A stretch of DNA of 64,000 nucleotides from Andalucia godoyi And28 (taxonomy: Eukaryota > Protista > Jakobida): the NCBI GenBank assembly GCA_009859145.1, contig VRVR01000066.1:1419-65418 (forward strand), given 5' to 3'. The notes below the pieces were generated by a model. It made no database searches, was not told the DNA's origin, and worked only from the letters and a program-made list of their open reading frames with translations. Every line of letters begins with the position of its first letter. Positions within the stretch are counted from its first letter, which is position 1. Below, piece after piece: positions 40,453 through 51,763 of the stretch. The position numbers and the translations under genes are program-made.

Positions 40453-43400
40453 ATGACGCATGATCGAATGTTCGCTGCTTGCGTCGTGACCTGCCTGCTC
40501 GTGCTCTGCTCATTCTTTAGTCTGGTATCCAGCAAGACTGTTTCGACAGAAGAATACAGAGGACGGATTGGACTGCTTCCACGGACTGCCATCGAGCCTC
40601 TGAAAAAACAGATTTCACTAGGCTTCTTTGGGCATTCTTTGCTTTCGCTCGACTCTTCAAGACTGATTCTACTCGCAACCGTCGGAAATGCCAGTTGGTG
40701 GTCTGCGCTAGAGCCACAATTTGAGACCACCACACTCACGATGGTGGAAGACAGCGTCCTTGGCTTTGCACTGGGACTTATCAGCCAGTTCCAACGGCAT
40801 TCGTTTGCTCTCTCGACGATTCATCAGCCTGAACTAGGAGCTGCACAACTTCTGCAGAGTGATCGTCGTGTTCAATCGCGGGGGTTTCATCGCAATTTTG
40901 ATGCACCTGTTGTTCAACCCGATGAATCGCGTGTCAGCATGGTTGTACCATCCTCCATGGCGAACGTTCGTCATTCAAAGAACCTCCACAAGTACTCGCA
41001 TCCTGTTGAGCGTGTGAGCGAATATGCTGTGCATAAATTGCAGCGTCCGAAGTATGGAACGGGCGAATCTAGTGCGGTGTCATTTGCGGCTGATTGTGCT
41101 GTGCTTGTTGATTTGTACAAGAGTACTGATGGACCAAACTGGTCCGTAATCAACTGGGGGCGGTCCTTGCCATTGAATTTCTCGACTGCTTGCTGTTCTC
41201 CGCCGCTGGGAGGATACGTATGCGATTCATTTGGGAGAATTACGACAATCAGTTTGATTCAAAATCAATTGACTGGTCCAATTCCAGCGTCGCTGGGCAG
41301 TCTGTCACAGCTTCAGTACTTGGCCTTGTATTCCAACCAGTTAACGGGATCGATTCCATTATCACTGGGCAATCTGTCCCGGCTTGAAGAATTGCTGATA
41401 AATGGTAATCGTCTCGCAGGCACGGTGAGCTGTGATTCCCTTGGACAGAACTTGACAACGTTGAATTTACAAGGAAATGTTTTGGAAGGAGCGATTCCAT
41501 CGTGCTTGTGCGATCAGCTAGGATTGTCATTCGTCTTCTTGGGAAGCAACAATTTCACTTCGTTTCCGAACTGCACTTCGGCATCCATGATTCAACTCGA
41601 TCTTTCAAAGAACCGCATTTCTCAGTTTCCATTCGAAAGCATAGCCGGATTTTCGTCGTTGCTGTCACTAGATTTGAGCTACAACATGCTGGGTCCTAAG
41701 TTTCCAGTGAATGTGTTCGTATCTGCGACATCATTGCGCGCGCTCTCTCTTGCATACAACCATTTCAGCGACGGACTTCCTCTGTATGTTTGCAACTACC
41801 TTTCGTCTTCCGGCTTGGTCGTGAAGGTGTCATTAAGCTTGCAGACTCTAGATCTGTCGGGAAACACGATTACTGGAGTACCAGGAATAGTTGACTATTC
41901 GGATTGTGGCTATTGTGGCTCATCTTCGATGTATTCATTGACATCTCTGATATTGAGGAATGCCAATCTTCCGGCTCAGTCTCCTGCTTTCGTCGTTCAG
42001 ACGTTTGCCGTTGGAGTCTGCAATTCCCCACCTTTTCCATGGTTTTCCATTCTTCAGGATCTCACTGGCCTTTCTTCTCTCGACGTATCTTCTAACGACC
42101 TTTCTAGTGGGCTTGATGCACTGTTTTCGCTTCCTCTGTTGTCCTCCTTCGATATTCGCAACAATTCTCATGCACGAAGGTCAATGCTCTCGTATACAAA
42201 CCAGCAGCAATTCCAGTACGATGGCACGAGCAGCTATCCGTACAGCACAAGCATGTCGTGTGTGCAGGCGAAAGTGGGTCGCTTGGCATTCCAGGCTGAT
42301 CCAGCGTTTTTTGACTATCAAAACTGTGTGTGCCGCCCTGGATTCTACGGCAAGCCTCCGACCTGCACACGATGCTTGTCGAATGCAGATTGTTCCTTCA
42401 GTAACGAGGCAGCCATTCCGTACGGAAACATGTCCATTGCGTTCCGAGAAAGCGGAAATGTTCTTGCACAAAAGGGGTACTATGCCTCGCCGTCTGTGAC
42501 GTACATGGAGATGATGAACAACCAATCCTATCCCAATTCCATCGAAATTTGTCCATTAGCAGGCACGGATCTGACGGCGTGTGATGCGACCCCAGCTGGA
42601 CCTTGCAAGACTGGGTACGAAGGACGACTGTGTTCCGCGTGTTCGACGGGACACTTCCGCACTGGCGACCGATGTGCACTGTGTCCGAACTCTGTCGGCT
42701 TGGCGATCTTCGCCATTTTTGTGATTCTTGCTGCGATTGGTTTGGTTGCATGGTCGTTCTTTGTGGGATCGTCTTCTTCTGGGCTTGTCAAGGTGCTCCT
42801 GTTCTTCTGGCAGGCGCTGTTCTTCATCCGTGCGCCAATGACGTCTGGGATGTACGTTTTCACGCACGGAGCATCGGCAACGACAACGACGACCGTCGCT
42901 GGACCGGAGTGCTTCTTTTCCTCTTGGGACTACACTGCCGGCTACACGTTGTCTGTGAGGGCTCCGCTATTTGCAGTGTTTCTCGTTGCTGTCATCTGGT
43001 GCGTGGGGGTGTGTCGCTTGCGACGATCCTCTACTTTGGTGAGGAATCATTGGATGGACCGATGCCGCCGATCTGCCATCTTTCTCTTCCTGTTTCTGTT
43101 CATGTCTGCGATTTCTGCGATTCTTGCGTCACTGTCGTGCACCACCGACGCCGGTGATGGGAAATCGTACCTGGTGTTCTATCCGAACGAGCGTTGCTCC
43201 TCCGGTCTGCAAGCCGCCTCTGCGGTGCTTTTCGTGCTTTATGTCGGTGTCATTCCTGGTCTTCTGGCATACTTTTTGTGGCGAAGCGGCGTGCTGTCGG
43301 AGAATGCGAAGCCGGATACACGCAGGATGTATGTTTACTCATTGTTGTTTGGTTCGTACCGACCTAACAGAAGGTGGTGGGAAGCGCTTGTGACCGTTCG

Positions 43401-43782
43401 TCGGATTTTGTTCGTCGCTGCCTATGTCACTATCCCACCGCTTTCTGAGTACCGCACGATGCTGGTTGCGAGTATTCTAGTTGCCGCAGCAAGTGTCCAA
43501 GCAGTCGCATCACCGTATCATCGGAACGTCGAGAATTCTCTTGAAATCATCTCGCTCGGGATTCTACTCGTCAATCTCATGTGCTCCGTGCAATCGCAAG
43601 TTCTCGGTGTGCAAGATGTCGACGGAGCAGGAACGATTGTGTTTCTTATGAACATTGCATTCTCTGCAGTGCTGATTTGGATGCTTCTTGCGCACTTTAC
43701 CAGACGGTGGAGAAAGAGTGAGAACCTGAAAGGCCAAGGCGCTCTCACGGAATCCTTGCTGGAAGACAGTGGAGCGCTTTAG
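40453..43782 (+). CDS. LRR / Cys-rich / multi-pass (about 7 TM) receptor-like membrane protein
   Basis: N-terminal signal-like segment; LRR cap DCAVLVDLYKSTDGPNW; plant-type LRRs (NQLTGPIPASLGSLSQLQYLAL); Cys-rich C.PGFY and GYEGRLCSAC..GHF repeats; several hydrophobic helices; RRWWE motif in the TM region. Confidence 0.85.
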   Translation: MTHDRMFAACVVTCLLVLCSFFSLVSSKTVSTEEYRGRIGLLPRTAIEPLKKQISLGFFGHSLLSLDSSRLILLATVGNASWWSALEPQFETTTLTMVEDSVLGFALGLISQFQRHSFALSTIHQPELGAAQLLQSDRRVQSRGFHRNFDAPVVQPDESRVSMVVPSSMANVRHSKNLHKYSHPVERVSEYAVHKLQRPKYGTGESSAVSFAADCAVLVDLYKSTDGPNWSVINWGRSLPLNFSTACCSPPLGGYVCDSFGRITTISLIQNQLTGPIPASLGSLSQLQYLALYSNQLTGSIPLSLGNLSRLEELLINGNRLAGTVSCDSLGQNLTTLNLQGNVLEGAIPSCLCDQLGLSFVFLGSNNFTSFPNCTSASMIQLDLSKNRISQFPFESIAGFSSLLSLDLSYNMLGPKFPVNVFVSATSLRALSLAYNHFSDGLPLYVCNYLSSSGLVVKVSLSLQTLDLSGNTITGVPGIVDYSDCGYCGSSSMYSLTSLILRNANLPAQSPAFVVQTFAVGVCNSPPFPWFSILQDLTGLSSLDVSSNDLSSGLDALFSLPLLSSFDIRNNSHARRSMLSYTNQQQFQYDGTSSYPYSTSMSCVQAKVGRLAFQADPAFFDYQNCVCRPGFYGKPPTCTRCLSNADCSFSNEAAIPYGNMSIAFRESGNVLAQKGYYASPSVTYMEMMNNQSYPNSIEICPLAGTDLTACDATPAGPCKTGYEGRLCSACSTGHFRTGDRCALCPNSVGLAIFAIFVILAAIGLVAWSFFVGSSSSGLVKVLLFFWQALFFIRAPMTSGMYVFTHGASATTTTTVAGPECFFSSWDYTAGYTLSVRAPLFAVFLVAVIWCVGVCRLRRSSTLVRNHWMDRCRRSAIFLFLFLFMSAISAILASLSCTTDAGDGKSYLVFYPNERCSSGLQAASAVLFVLYVGVIPGLLAYFLWRSGVLSENAKPDTRRMYVYSLLFGSYRPNRRWWEALVTVRRILFVAAYVTIPPLSEYRTMLVASILVAAASVQAVASPYHRNVENSLEIISLGILLVNLMCSVQSQVLGVQDVDGAGTIVFLMNIAFSAVLIWMLLAHFTRRWRKSENLKGQGALTESLLEDSGAL

Positions 43783-44709
43783 CCAATTTGGAAATACTTG
43801 GGTATTTCTGAACTGTGACTGAACAGCAGTGATGAACCAATATGCAGTGGCGCTGTACTCGATTCTTCGACGGAACAGCACGTTACGATCCGGTAAATGC
43901 TGGTCACAAGATGTGCAGGTTCCCGATAATCGACATCAACCCATTTCCACGCAGCGACAGTGCAGCTGCCAGTTGAAAGGGAAAAAACCATTATGCATCT
44001 TCAGGGAAGACTTGACGATGGACCAACGGGAAGAGGATTCACCACTCACAATCTTTGATGTTCGGTTCTAGAATTTTGGAGAGACTCTTTTTTGTCCACT
44101 TCAGAATTTATGGACGCCAAGAATTCAGGGAAAAAGACAAGAATTCGAAGGTGGCCCGGGTTCGAAAACTGTCGACGATCGACCTCTCCAGGTTTCAAAA
44201 AGAAAGACGTTTCCACAGTGCCCAAGGTTGTCGCTACTTTTATGCGACGTATTGCAAGGGATTAGCTTTCCATCTGGATGCTGTTTTTCCAGACTATGCT
44301 GTGAACGTGGTGAAACACCTGGAAAGATCGATAGATGAGCATCTGAGCTTGTTTCTTGCTTTTTACTGGAGTCCCTCAATGATCCTCGCACTTTTGCTAC
44401 AGTGTCGATCATGCCAAACATGTGCGTCGTGTCCATCCAATCCGCGTTGAGCGTGTGCACTCTGAATATCCCTCGATTGGAAATTTCTAGTGCCGTTTAT
44501 CTTGACTCGAAGTCTGCCAAGCGCAGACGGGAGGTGTTGTTGCGATGATTGCAGATCAGGCGAGGACCGTTGGGCACGTTGAACATGGGATGACTGAGCT
44601 GTTCGAATTGTGATGGTTCTTCATCGTTTATGAAAGAAAAGGCCTCCATCCTTTCTGTTGGAGAATTCGTCACTCCATTCATTGAGAAAGCAAGATCCTG
44701 ACCAGATGA

Positions 44710-47700
44710 TTAATCGTACATATCAGGAACGCCCAAGTCATCTTCGAATTCGTCGTCGTCAGATGACATTTCTTTGCGGGTTCTTTTGCGAAGAAGTGCA
44801 CTCTTCTTGGAGAATAGCGACGCAATACGCTCCTTGGTGTTTCCAAGGGCAACAGGCTTTTCGGGTTTAGGAGGTTTGACGATTGGCGGTATTTGTGATT
44901 TCTTCAGCTTCCGGGGCACCTTCCCTCCCTCTGGAACTGTCCCTGGTACTACATTCTTCCATTCTTGAAGGAATCGGTCCAATTCGGCAATCCAAATCTC
45001 CTCAGCACTTCTCGATTCCATCACTCGACACGCTTCTTCACTGGCAGTCGCTTGCTCTCGCAATGCTGCGACTCGAATAGACGCCACATTCAGATCACAT
45101 AGCAAATAGTCGAATGACCCATTCACTCTTGCAAGACCCGCTGCTTCCAAATCCACTGATGGATCAAGCCCGTCGAGGTTAGCAAGCACTACTTTCTGCA
45201 CCAAAGCACGGTTCTCGACATACTGCACGATGCTTCGAAGTCGGACTGCTTCCAGCCGTTTCTGCTCGAGGAGCACCTGCTTGCGACGACGGTACAATTC
45301 CAGTCGTGCTGGCACAAAGACACGAAGGATATCACACGGATGGACGAATTTGCGAATTCGAAGGCCTTCACTGTCCGTGGAAAACAAGTGGACATTCGAA
45401 AACGACACTTGTCCTTGCAGCCTCATCAGCTTGTATACATCCCGACTCATCAAATCTCTGACATCCTCTGAATTATGGAAGTGAACGCGCAGGCAAACGC
45501 GATTTTCTTCGCTCAGATTCTGTACATCCTGAAACGGACCGACTTTGTTCTTGACACTTTGATCGACCATCCATTTCTGCAATTGCTCAAACATTGGTTG
45601 CACCCATGTATGAATCGGAAGCTCAGAAATCACCAAAGTGCCGGCACTGTCACGCTTCACGTGACCAAAGTTTTCCCATAAACTGGATGCGCCGTCGACT
45701 GGACGGATAACTCCACTGAATCCTGCATACCACGGAACCCATCCATTGCCAAAATGCTTGTCATACCGGTCCATCTCACCTTCAGCTGGAGGTGCAGAGT
45801 CAAAAAGAAATGCTTTCAACCGTCGTGCGAGATCACCGGGATGAAAGTTCGGCACCTCCGTCGAAAACCCAGTTCCAATCCCACGAGCGCCATTCACAAG
45901 GATCATGGGCAAGATGGGAAGCATCACCTTTGGTTCGACGTTTTGTCCTTCTTCCGAAAAACACTCCAACAAAGCAAGATCGTCGGTCGGAAACAGAATG
46001 CGCGCGATTGGATCCAGCCGCGTGAAAATGTACCGTGGCTTCGCTGCATCCTCGCCGCCCATCAATCGGCTCCCAAACTGACCAACAGGCACGAGCAAGG
46101 GAACATTGTTGCTGCCAACAAACGATTGCGCCATGCCGATGATCGTCTCGCCCAGCGACGCCTCGCCATGGTGATACTTGGTTTGCCGAACCACCATGCC
46201 AATCAACTCCGACACACGCATGTCCTCTCCATCGTCATCATGTCGCAACAATGTGAACAGCACCTTGCGCTGAGCAGGGGTCAGTCCATCTAGAACGTTC
46301 GGGATCGCCCGGATGCAGTCATACAGGCTCGAGGAAACCATTTCCTTGCACAAGAAATTGTCCATTGTAATCGATTCCGCAGCAATCTCGGAAATACTGA
46401 CGTCCAGCAACGCAGCATCGACGGTCTCCTGCTCTTTCCAGCACTCTTCCAATAGCTTGCGCCGCTCTTCCACTTTCCTTTCCGAAAAGAAAACATCCAG
46501 CATCACCCGATTGGCGTCTGCGAAATGGAATGACCGTGCGTAGTCCTGAGGTCGCTCGAAATAGCGACGACCTTCTTCCGTCGTCGAGGTTCCCAGTCCT
46601 TTGTAATACTTGACACGCCACGCACGCTTCTCGTCCACGGACAACAATTCAAACCACGTTCGGAACTGCCGCAACGCAAAGAACTCCTGGAAATCGCTGC
46701 CATTCGAATGAACAGCTCGGATAATTGGAGTCCGCAATTCTTTCAGAAAGTCCGGGATGCGAACCACCAAGTGCGGCCAGAAGAACTGGAAGAAGTTCAG
46801 CAGCAGACCTTTGATGTGCAGCCCATCGTGGTCCTGATCGGTCATCAGCATCACGTGGCCATAGTGCAGCGTATTCAACTCGGTGTCATTGTCGTAAGCA
46901 AGGTCGAAGCTGAGATTGAGCGCCCTCACAATGTTCTTCACCTCCTCGTTCTCCAGGACGTCCTCCCGTGGGACTTCGCAGACATTCAGAAACTTGCCTC
47001 GCAACGGGTATACGCCAAAATGTCTCTTTTGATCGGTCGACAAGGAATTGCTTACCAAAGCCATGGCCGAGTCGCCTTCCGTCAAGATCAACGAACACTG
47101 GCGCCGCTGATCGGTTCCCGCAAGAGCAGCATTCTGCAGCTTGGGAACATGAAGAGCACTGCCAAGGCGCAGATTCGAAAAGCGAATGTCCTCTTGCTTT
47201 AGCTTTTGAATGATCGTTTTTGTGATAGTGTCGACGAATCGATTTTGCACAAGTTTTGAAACGGTTTGCTTTGCAAGGCCTCCGTTCCACACCGGTGATT
47301 CCGAAAGATTAAGAAACTTGACTAGCTCTTCTTTGGTTTGCGACGAGAATTCCGGGTTGTGCAACTGGCAGCAAACGACGACTTGCATGACTTGGCGAAA
47401 ATGAGTGAGGTTCGCATTTGAGCATTTCTTTCTCACCTCATCCGCCACTCCGTTGCTCCAAAGATCATCGATGATCATTTTCACATGCGCACCTCCAGCA
47501 GACGTGAAGATGCCATTCACGATGGATACCTGCTGCAACTCGCGGCCCTGCGGCTGGATGGAGAACGCCACCGACAACCGGTGCGCGACGATGGGAAGGA
47601 ACACGGCATCCGGAAAGAATGCATTTGCGTAATGCTGCGTTGTCGGCAAAAGATCCGAGCAGTTGAAATCATGCGTCCACGATCCTTCGGAGCCACATCG

Positions 47701-48432
47701 GAAATGCACACGCACATTGCGCCCGATCATGTGGAGGTATGCAGTGACATCCAGCGCACGGCGAAAGAACAATGAAACGAGATCATCTGTAATGTGTTCC
47801 AATCCCATTCGCGCAAGATCGGGGACGAAGGTCACGCAGACGGAGGGCTCGGCTCCTGCTTGTGCTGGAGTCAAACCTGGAGGGCTGCACTCGCTCATGT
47901 TGTTGCGCCACTCTTGCTTGTACGCAGTCGTGCCGTCACACAAATCGACAGAAAACCTGCTTGAGAAGACATTGGCAAGCTTGGCGCCATATCCATTGCG
48001 TCCGCCTACGACGCGCGCAGTGTTGTCTTCGAAATTGGATGAGGACATGAATTCTGCAAACACAACTTCAGGGACGTATAAATGGGTTTTCTGGTGATGT
48101 GGCTGCAATTCCACGCACCCACCATTGTTGTACACGGAAATCGAGTCCGTGGTTCGATCAATGGTGACTCGAATCTCGGTGACGCGCGATTCCTGCACCG
48201 CAAAATCCGAGGCATTGACGAGAACTTCGTCAAAGATCTTGAGAAGTGCTGGCGAGACCTGCACGCTCGGATGTTTAACCATGCATCGTGTGTTCAAGTC
48301 AAAAATCCATACTTCTACAGGCTTCATGGTCATAGCACCAACATACGTATCGGGACGAGTGAGAATGTGAGACCTGTGGTCCAGAATTTGCACTCTGGAG
48401 GGTGCTGTTGCAGAAGTCGAGGGGGCGGACAT
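44710..48432 (-). CDS. TOP2: DNA topoisomerase II (type IIA, single chain), 1240 aa
   Basis: GHKL motifs EVLVNASD and GGRNGYGAKLANVFS; FSSQTKE; TOPRIM EGDSA, PLRGKFLNV, MTDQDHDG and YYKGLGTS; YHHGEASL; catalytic PRYIFT. Confidence 0.97.
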   Translation of the reverse strand: MSAPSTSATAPSRVQILDHRSHILTRPDTYVGAMTMKPVEVWIFDLNTRCMVKHPSVQVSPALLKIFDEVLVNASDFAVQESRVTEIRVTIDRTTDSISVYNNGGCVELQPHHQKTHLYVPEVVFAEFMSSSNFEDNTARVVGGRNGYGAKLANVFSSRFSVDLCDGTTAYKQEWRNNMSECSPPGLTPAQAGAEPSVCVTFVPDLARMGLEHITDDLVSLFFRRALDVTAYLHMIGRNVRVHFRCGSEGSWTHDFNCSDLLPTTQHYANAFFPDAVFLPIVAHRLSVAFSIQPQGRELQQVSIVNGIFTSAGGAHVKMIIDDLWSNGVADEVRKKCSNANLTHFRQVMQVVVCCQLHNPEFSSQTKEELVKFLNLSESPVWNGGLAKQTVSKLVQNRFVDTITKTIIQKLKQEDIRFSNLRLGSALHVPKLQNAALAGTDQRRQCSLILTEGDSAMALVSNSLSTDQKRHFGVYPLRGKFLNVCEVPREDVLENEEVKNIVRALNLSFDLAYDNDTELNTLHYGHVMLMTDQDHDGLHIKGLLLNFFQFFWPHLVVRIPDFLKELRTPIIRAVHSNGSDFQEFFALRQFRTWFELLSVDEKRAWRVKYYKGLGTSTTEEGRRYFERPQDYARSFHFADANRVMLDVFFSERKVEERRKLLEECWKEQETVDAALLDVSISEIAAESITMDNFLCKEMVSSSLYDCIRAIPNVLDGLTPAQRKVLFTLLRHDDDGEDMRVSELIGMVVRQTKYHHGEASLGETIIGMAQSFVGSNNVPLLVPVGQFGSRLMGGEDAAKPRYIFTRLDPIARILFPTDDLALLECFSEEGQNVEPKVMLPILPMILVNGARGIGTGFSTEVPNFHPGDLARRLKAFLFDSAPPAEGEMDRYDKHFGNGWVPWYAGFSGVIRPVDGASSLWENFGHVKRDSAGTLVISELPIHTWVQPMFEQLQKWMVDQSVKNKVGPFQDVQNLSEENRVCLRVHFHNSEDVRDLMSRDVYKLMRLQGQVSFSNVHLFSTDSEGLRIRKFVHPCDILRVFVPARLELYRRRKQVLLEQKRLEAVRLRSIVQYVENRALVQKVVLANLDGLDPSVDLEAAGLARVNGSFDYLLCDLNVASIRVAALREQATASEEACRVMESRSAEEIWIAELDRFLQEWKNVVPGTVPEGGKVPRKLKKSQIPPIVKPPKPEKPVALGNTKERIASLFSKKSALLRKRTRKEMSSDDDEFEDDLGVPDMYD

Positions 48433-48640
48433 GAGGAGTTGAATTGATTGAAAAGAAGAAAAAGAAAGAAGTAAATTCTGAAAAACATGGATTCAGTGGA
48501 ATTTTGAGTCTGGAAAATCGGTGACGGTAACGAATCACTTGAAGCACGAAAATCCAGGATTCACCCATTTCTGGCGGGTTTTCTTCCGGACTGTTTTTTG
48601 TTTTTTTGTTTCTTTTTTTTTTTCGCAAACGATCTCAAAA

Positions 48641-49210
48641 ATGTCCACCAACACCCGTGCAATTTCGTCTTTACTGAATATCCCACACAAGGATCGGAAG
48701 AGACTGAAAGACCGTCAATCTGAGGTTCTTGAAACGGGAGTAGATCGGTTGTTTCGCTCGGTTCCATATGCTGGCGAGTTTTCGGAAATGCTGGTCGTGA
48801 CGATGCACTGCCCGAAATTCAGCAAGAAGGACATCGATTTGTGCATCCAGGTTCGCGAAAGTACGGGTGGCCGATTTACAAGTGCAAAGTTTACCAATCC
48901 AGATGCAGAAGATGCGACAACAGGGGCTGTGGTATTCCAAATCCCTTCCAGGCGGCCGGCACAGACGGAATCGCTGCTTGAGTTTCTGGACCGCAAATTG
49001 CAAGCTGGCGCTTCCACAACACTCGCGAGTGCACTGCAGGAATATGTCAATGAGGAAACCAAGAGAGCGCGGAAACGAGTGCGTCTGTGCTCGGAAGATG
49101 GAGACCTTCTTCGCAAAGCAGAAGAAATCGCAAGAGCTGAAGGTGCAGACGCATTCGAGGCGTCGCAAGAAGCTTTTTTGGAGGCGGAAGCTCGGATTTG
49201 GACGCAATAA
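48641..49210 (+). CDS. Hypothetical protein (~189 aa), divergent from TOP2
   Basis: ATG at 48641 after a poly-T tract, 208 bp from the TOP2 start. Charged helical C-terminus; no recognised domain. Confidence 0.6.
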   Translation: MSTNTRAISSLLNIPHKDRKRLKDRQSEVLETGVDRLFRSVPYAGEFSEMLVVTMHCPKFSKKDIDLCIQVRESTGGRFTSAKFTNPDAEDATTGAVVFQIPSRRPAQTESLLEFLDRKLQAGASTTLASALQEYVNEETKRARKRVRLCSEDGDLLRKAEEIARAEGADAFEASQEAFLEAEARIWTQ

Positions 49211-49379
49211 ACGCGAATCAAATACGATGGAATGAGCTTTGTCTGCGTGCGACACTGTTGTGGTCATTCCAATTTGTAAGCGACAAAGAAGAAAACGAAA
49301 ACAAAGGTTTACATCATGATATGACATCAAATAATTGGCTCATTCGTAAGGGGCCGGAAATGAGCAGCGCAGGAATACC

Positions 49380-50333
49380 TCAGAGAAGCTGCATGGCAGT
49401 TGCAATCACCATGGATAGAAGGAGAAATCCGCAAAAAGAGAATTCAGGAGCTGCAGAAGCAATCGTTGGAACATTTGATGTCGAAAAGACTACTGTGAAA
49501 ATAACTCCCGTTGAAATGTCCGTGGGAACAGGTACAAAGGTCGTGGTACGGCTGTCCGCGCTGTTTGAACCAAATGACGACATAATTGTCGTGAGCGTGC
49601 TTGAATTGGAGAAAGCGTAATAAGAAGTCGGAGTCGTGAAATTTCCGGCCAGCGAGTAACTTCCTCCCATTTCGCCATAGAACACAATTCCTCCATTTGA
49701 AGATGGTTTGATTGCTGCAGACGGAGTAGCTACGCCATCATATGTGACCTTTCTTTTGTTTGACAAACCACCCACAAATGCTTCCATCTGAAATCCCAAG
49801 TGAGTTGTTGATGCAGTATAAGGAACTGTTCGGGGGGTTGGAATTACGGCAGTCAATGTTTCACCTCGGTTCAGCATTACAGCAGTTGGAAGCGTGTAAT
49901 TGGATTTCACCTGTGTAACCAAGCCACTGATGAATATCGCGTGGATTCGGTTGACAGAACAGCCGGAAGGAGCCAAACAAATGTAGAAGTACGCAGACGG
50001 TCCCGCTCCGAGAACGGAATGCTGGAGAAAGGAAATGTAGTTTCCAGAAGGGTCCGTTTCCGTTTCCACGGCATCATTGGTCGAACACGCCACTGATGTA
50101 ACGGTACCTGCCGAAACAGAGGTTGGCGACACCGTGTATTCCGTGATATCCTTCGGTGAAATCGAAATGCGATACGTGCCTGTCGCTCCAATTGGGAAGT
50201 AGCGCACAGTCGAACAGACATCCAGTCCAAACCCAATCACGAGGTTGCGTTCCTGCAGTGTTGTCTGCGAAGCAGCAAACACAACCGACGCAAGAGTTGT
50301 AGCAAGAAAGATTTTCAGGAAACACTTGGACAT
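49380..50333 (-). CDS. Putative GPI-anchored or secreted Ser/Thr-rich surface protein
   Basis: N-terminal signal (MSKCFLKIFLATTLASVVFA), S/T-rich stalk and hydrophobic C-terminus (SAAPEFSFCGFLLLSMVIATAMQLL). Confidence 0.75.
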   Translation of the reverse strand: MSKCFLKIFLATTLASVVFAASQTTLQERNLVIGFGLDVCSTVRYFPIGATGTYRISISPKDITEYTVSPTSVSAGTVTSVACSTNDAVETETDPSGNYISFLQHSVLGAGPSAYFYICLAPSGCSVNRIHAIFISGLVTQVKSNYTLPTAVMLNRGETLTAVIPTPRTVPYTASTTHLGFQMEAFVGGLSNKRKVTYDGVATPSAAIKPSSNGGIVFYGEMGGSYSLAGNFTTPTSYYAFSNSSTLTTIMSSFGSNSADSRTTTFVPVPTDISTGVIFTVVFSTSNVPTIASAAPEFSFCGFLLLSMVIATAMQLL

Positions 50334-51763
50334 TTTAAGATACAGAGCAAAAAAGTCACAATGAAAGAAACCTCTTAAAAAAAATACAACACAGAAAGAA
50401 AGAAAAAAGAGAATGGCAACGCGAAAATTACGGCTATTTCACTGAGCGACAAAGAGACTCGCTCGTTGGAGTGTCTGGGGCACTGTTGTGGATCTCCGGT
50501 TTGACAATTCAACATCCCAGCCAAAAAAGGCAGCTTCAAGTCCGTGTGTGACGTGCTGTATTAAAAAAAACAACACCGAGATCTTGTTTTCCGATCCTTA
50601 AAACACGTGTTGGCAAAACGGAGCATTGCATCCGATCCAAAGTTCCAGCTGCATGCCATCCAACCGGAATCAGTCCTTCAAACGCGACGTTTGCCACGTC
50701 GCACATCGACTGCTGCAGGCACTTGACATTTTCATAACCAGATTCTCGCTGGGGTGCCAAGCATTTTGCAAGATCACATATCTTTTGACAATAACCGAAT
50801 TTCCAAATACAACAAGTTTACATGAAAACGGACTCAAAAGACGAATAATTTTAGATAACTGTTTAGCATGCATGGCAAGATGATGTCAAAGAAGGCATGT
50901 TTTATGTGTCTCTTTTGACATTTCTGTTTAAATTATGACCATTTCACAAGGCGACAGAACTGTTGGAAAATGTCGGCAGCGCTTTTTTCGGTTGACGATC
51001 CAAACTCGTAAGCCAGTGATCATCGTACGTGCTAAATTAAGCGCAGCACGATTTACATGTTCATTCGACATCTTCGACAGGCAGAAAGCGGAGAATATCT
51101 CTCACTGCAAATGCTGAATTTGCAGTGTACAGGCAACAAGAGTAAAATTTCATGTCATCAGAGTACACATTGACTTTCTGTTCCATTGCGTACTGAAGAA
51201 TTTGTTGACAGAATTTCAAGGGACTTCGCATCTGGCACCGATCTCAAGAACAGTTGTTCTTTATACACGTTCAAACGACTCCATCTTGACGTTGTTGACG
51301 ATTTTCGTCCACTACAAATCAAAATGCCTCCTTTCGTAGATTCTAGACCGACGGCGAATGGAAAAACATCATTTCAACTTACGTTCACGAATGCAGACCG
51401 GGTTTTTCCGAGGAAAACTGTTGTCACCAGATGAAATCGGAGTGTGTGATCAAAATTGGATGGCTGTATCTCATTTCGTTGTTTGCTGTGCATATGAGCA
51501 GCCGTGGCACAAATCTTGGATGTTGTCGCATTTTTCGCTTTGTTGGCGAGACTCGAACAGCTCTCACCAGCATTGCTGCGGAGAACCGGAACTTGTGCGA
51601 AAAACACGAATCATGTCAAGTTGTAACTTTTCTTTTCGGAACCCCAGAAGATGTCGTCCGCTCTTGCATTTTCAGATTCTTGATCATGTTTTTGAAAGTT
51701 CTCTTCTTCTTTTTTCTTTTTCTTTTCCGTTTTTTTCGTGTGATTTTGTTGAAAGGTGAGAGA

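Noticed and set aside
44125-44682. Two same-frame minus-strand ORFs separated by one TAA just downstream of TOP2
   Set aside because: No recognisable domain spans the stop. Adjacent open stretches in one frame are expected by chance.
44774-48447. Many 60-180 aa ORFs antisense to or overlapping TOP2 (and similarly within the other long genes)
   Set aside because: Shadow ORFs of GC-balanced coding sequence, with no motifs or independent start context.
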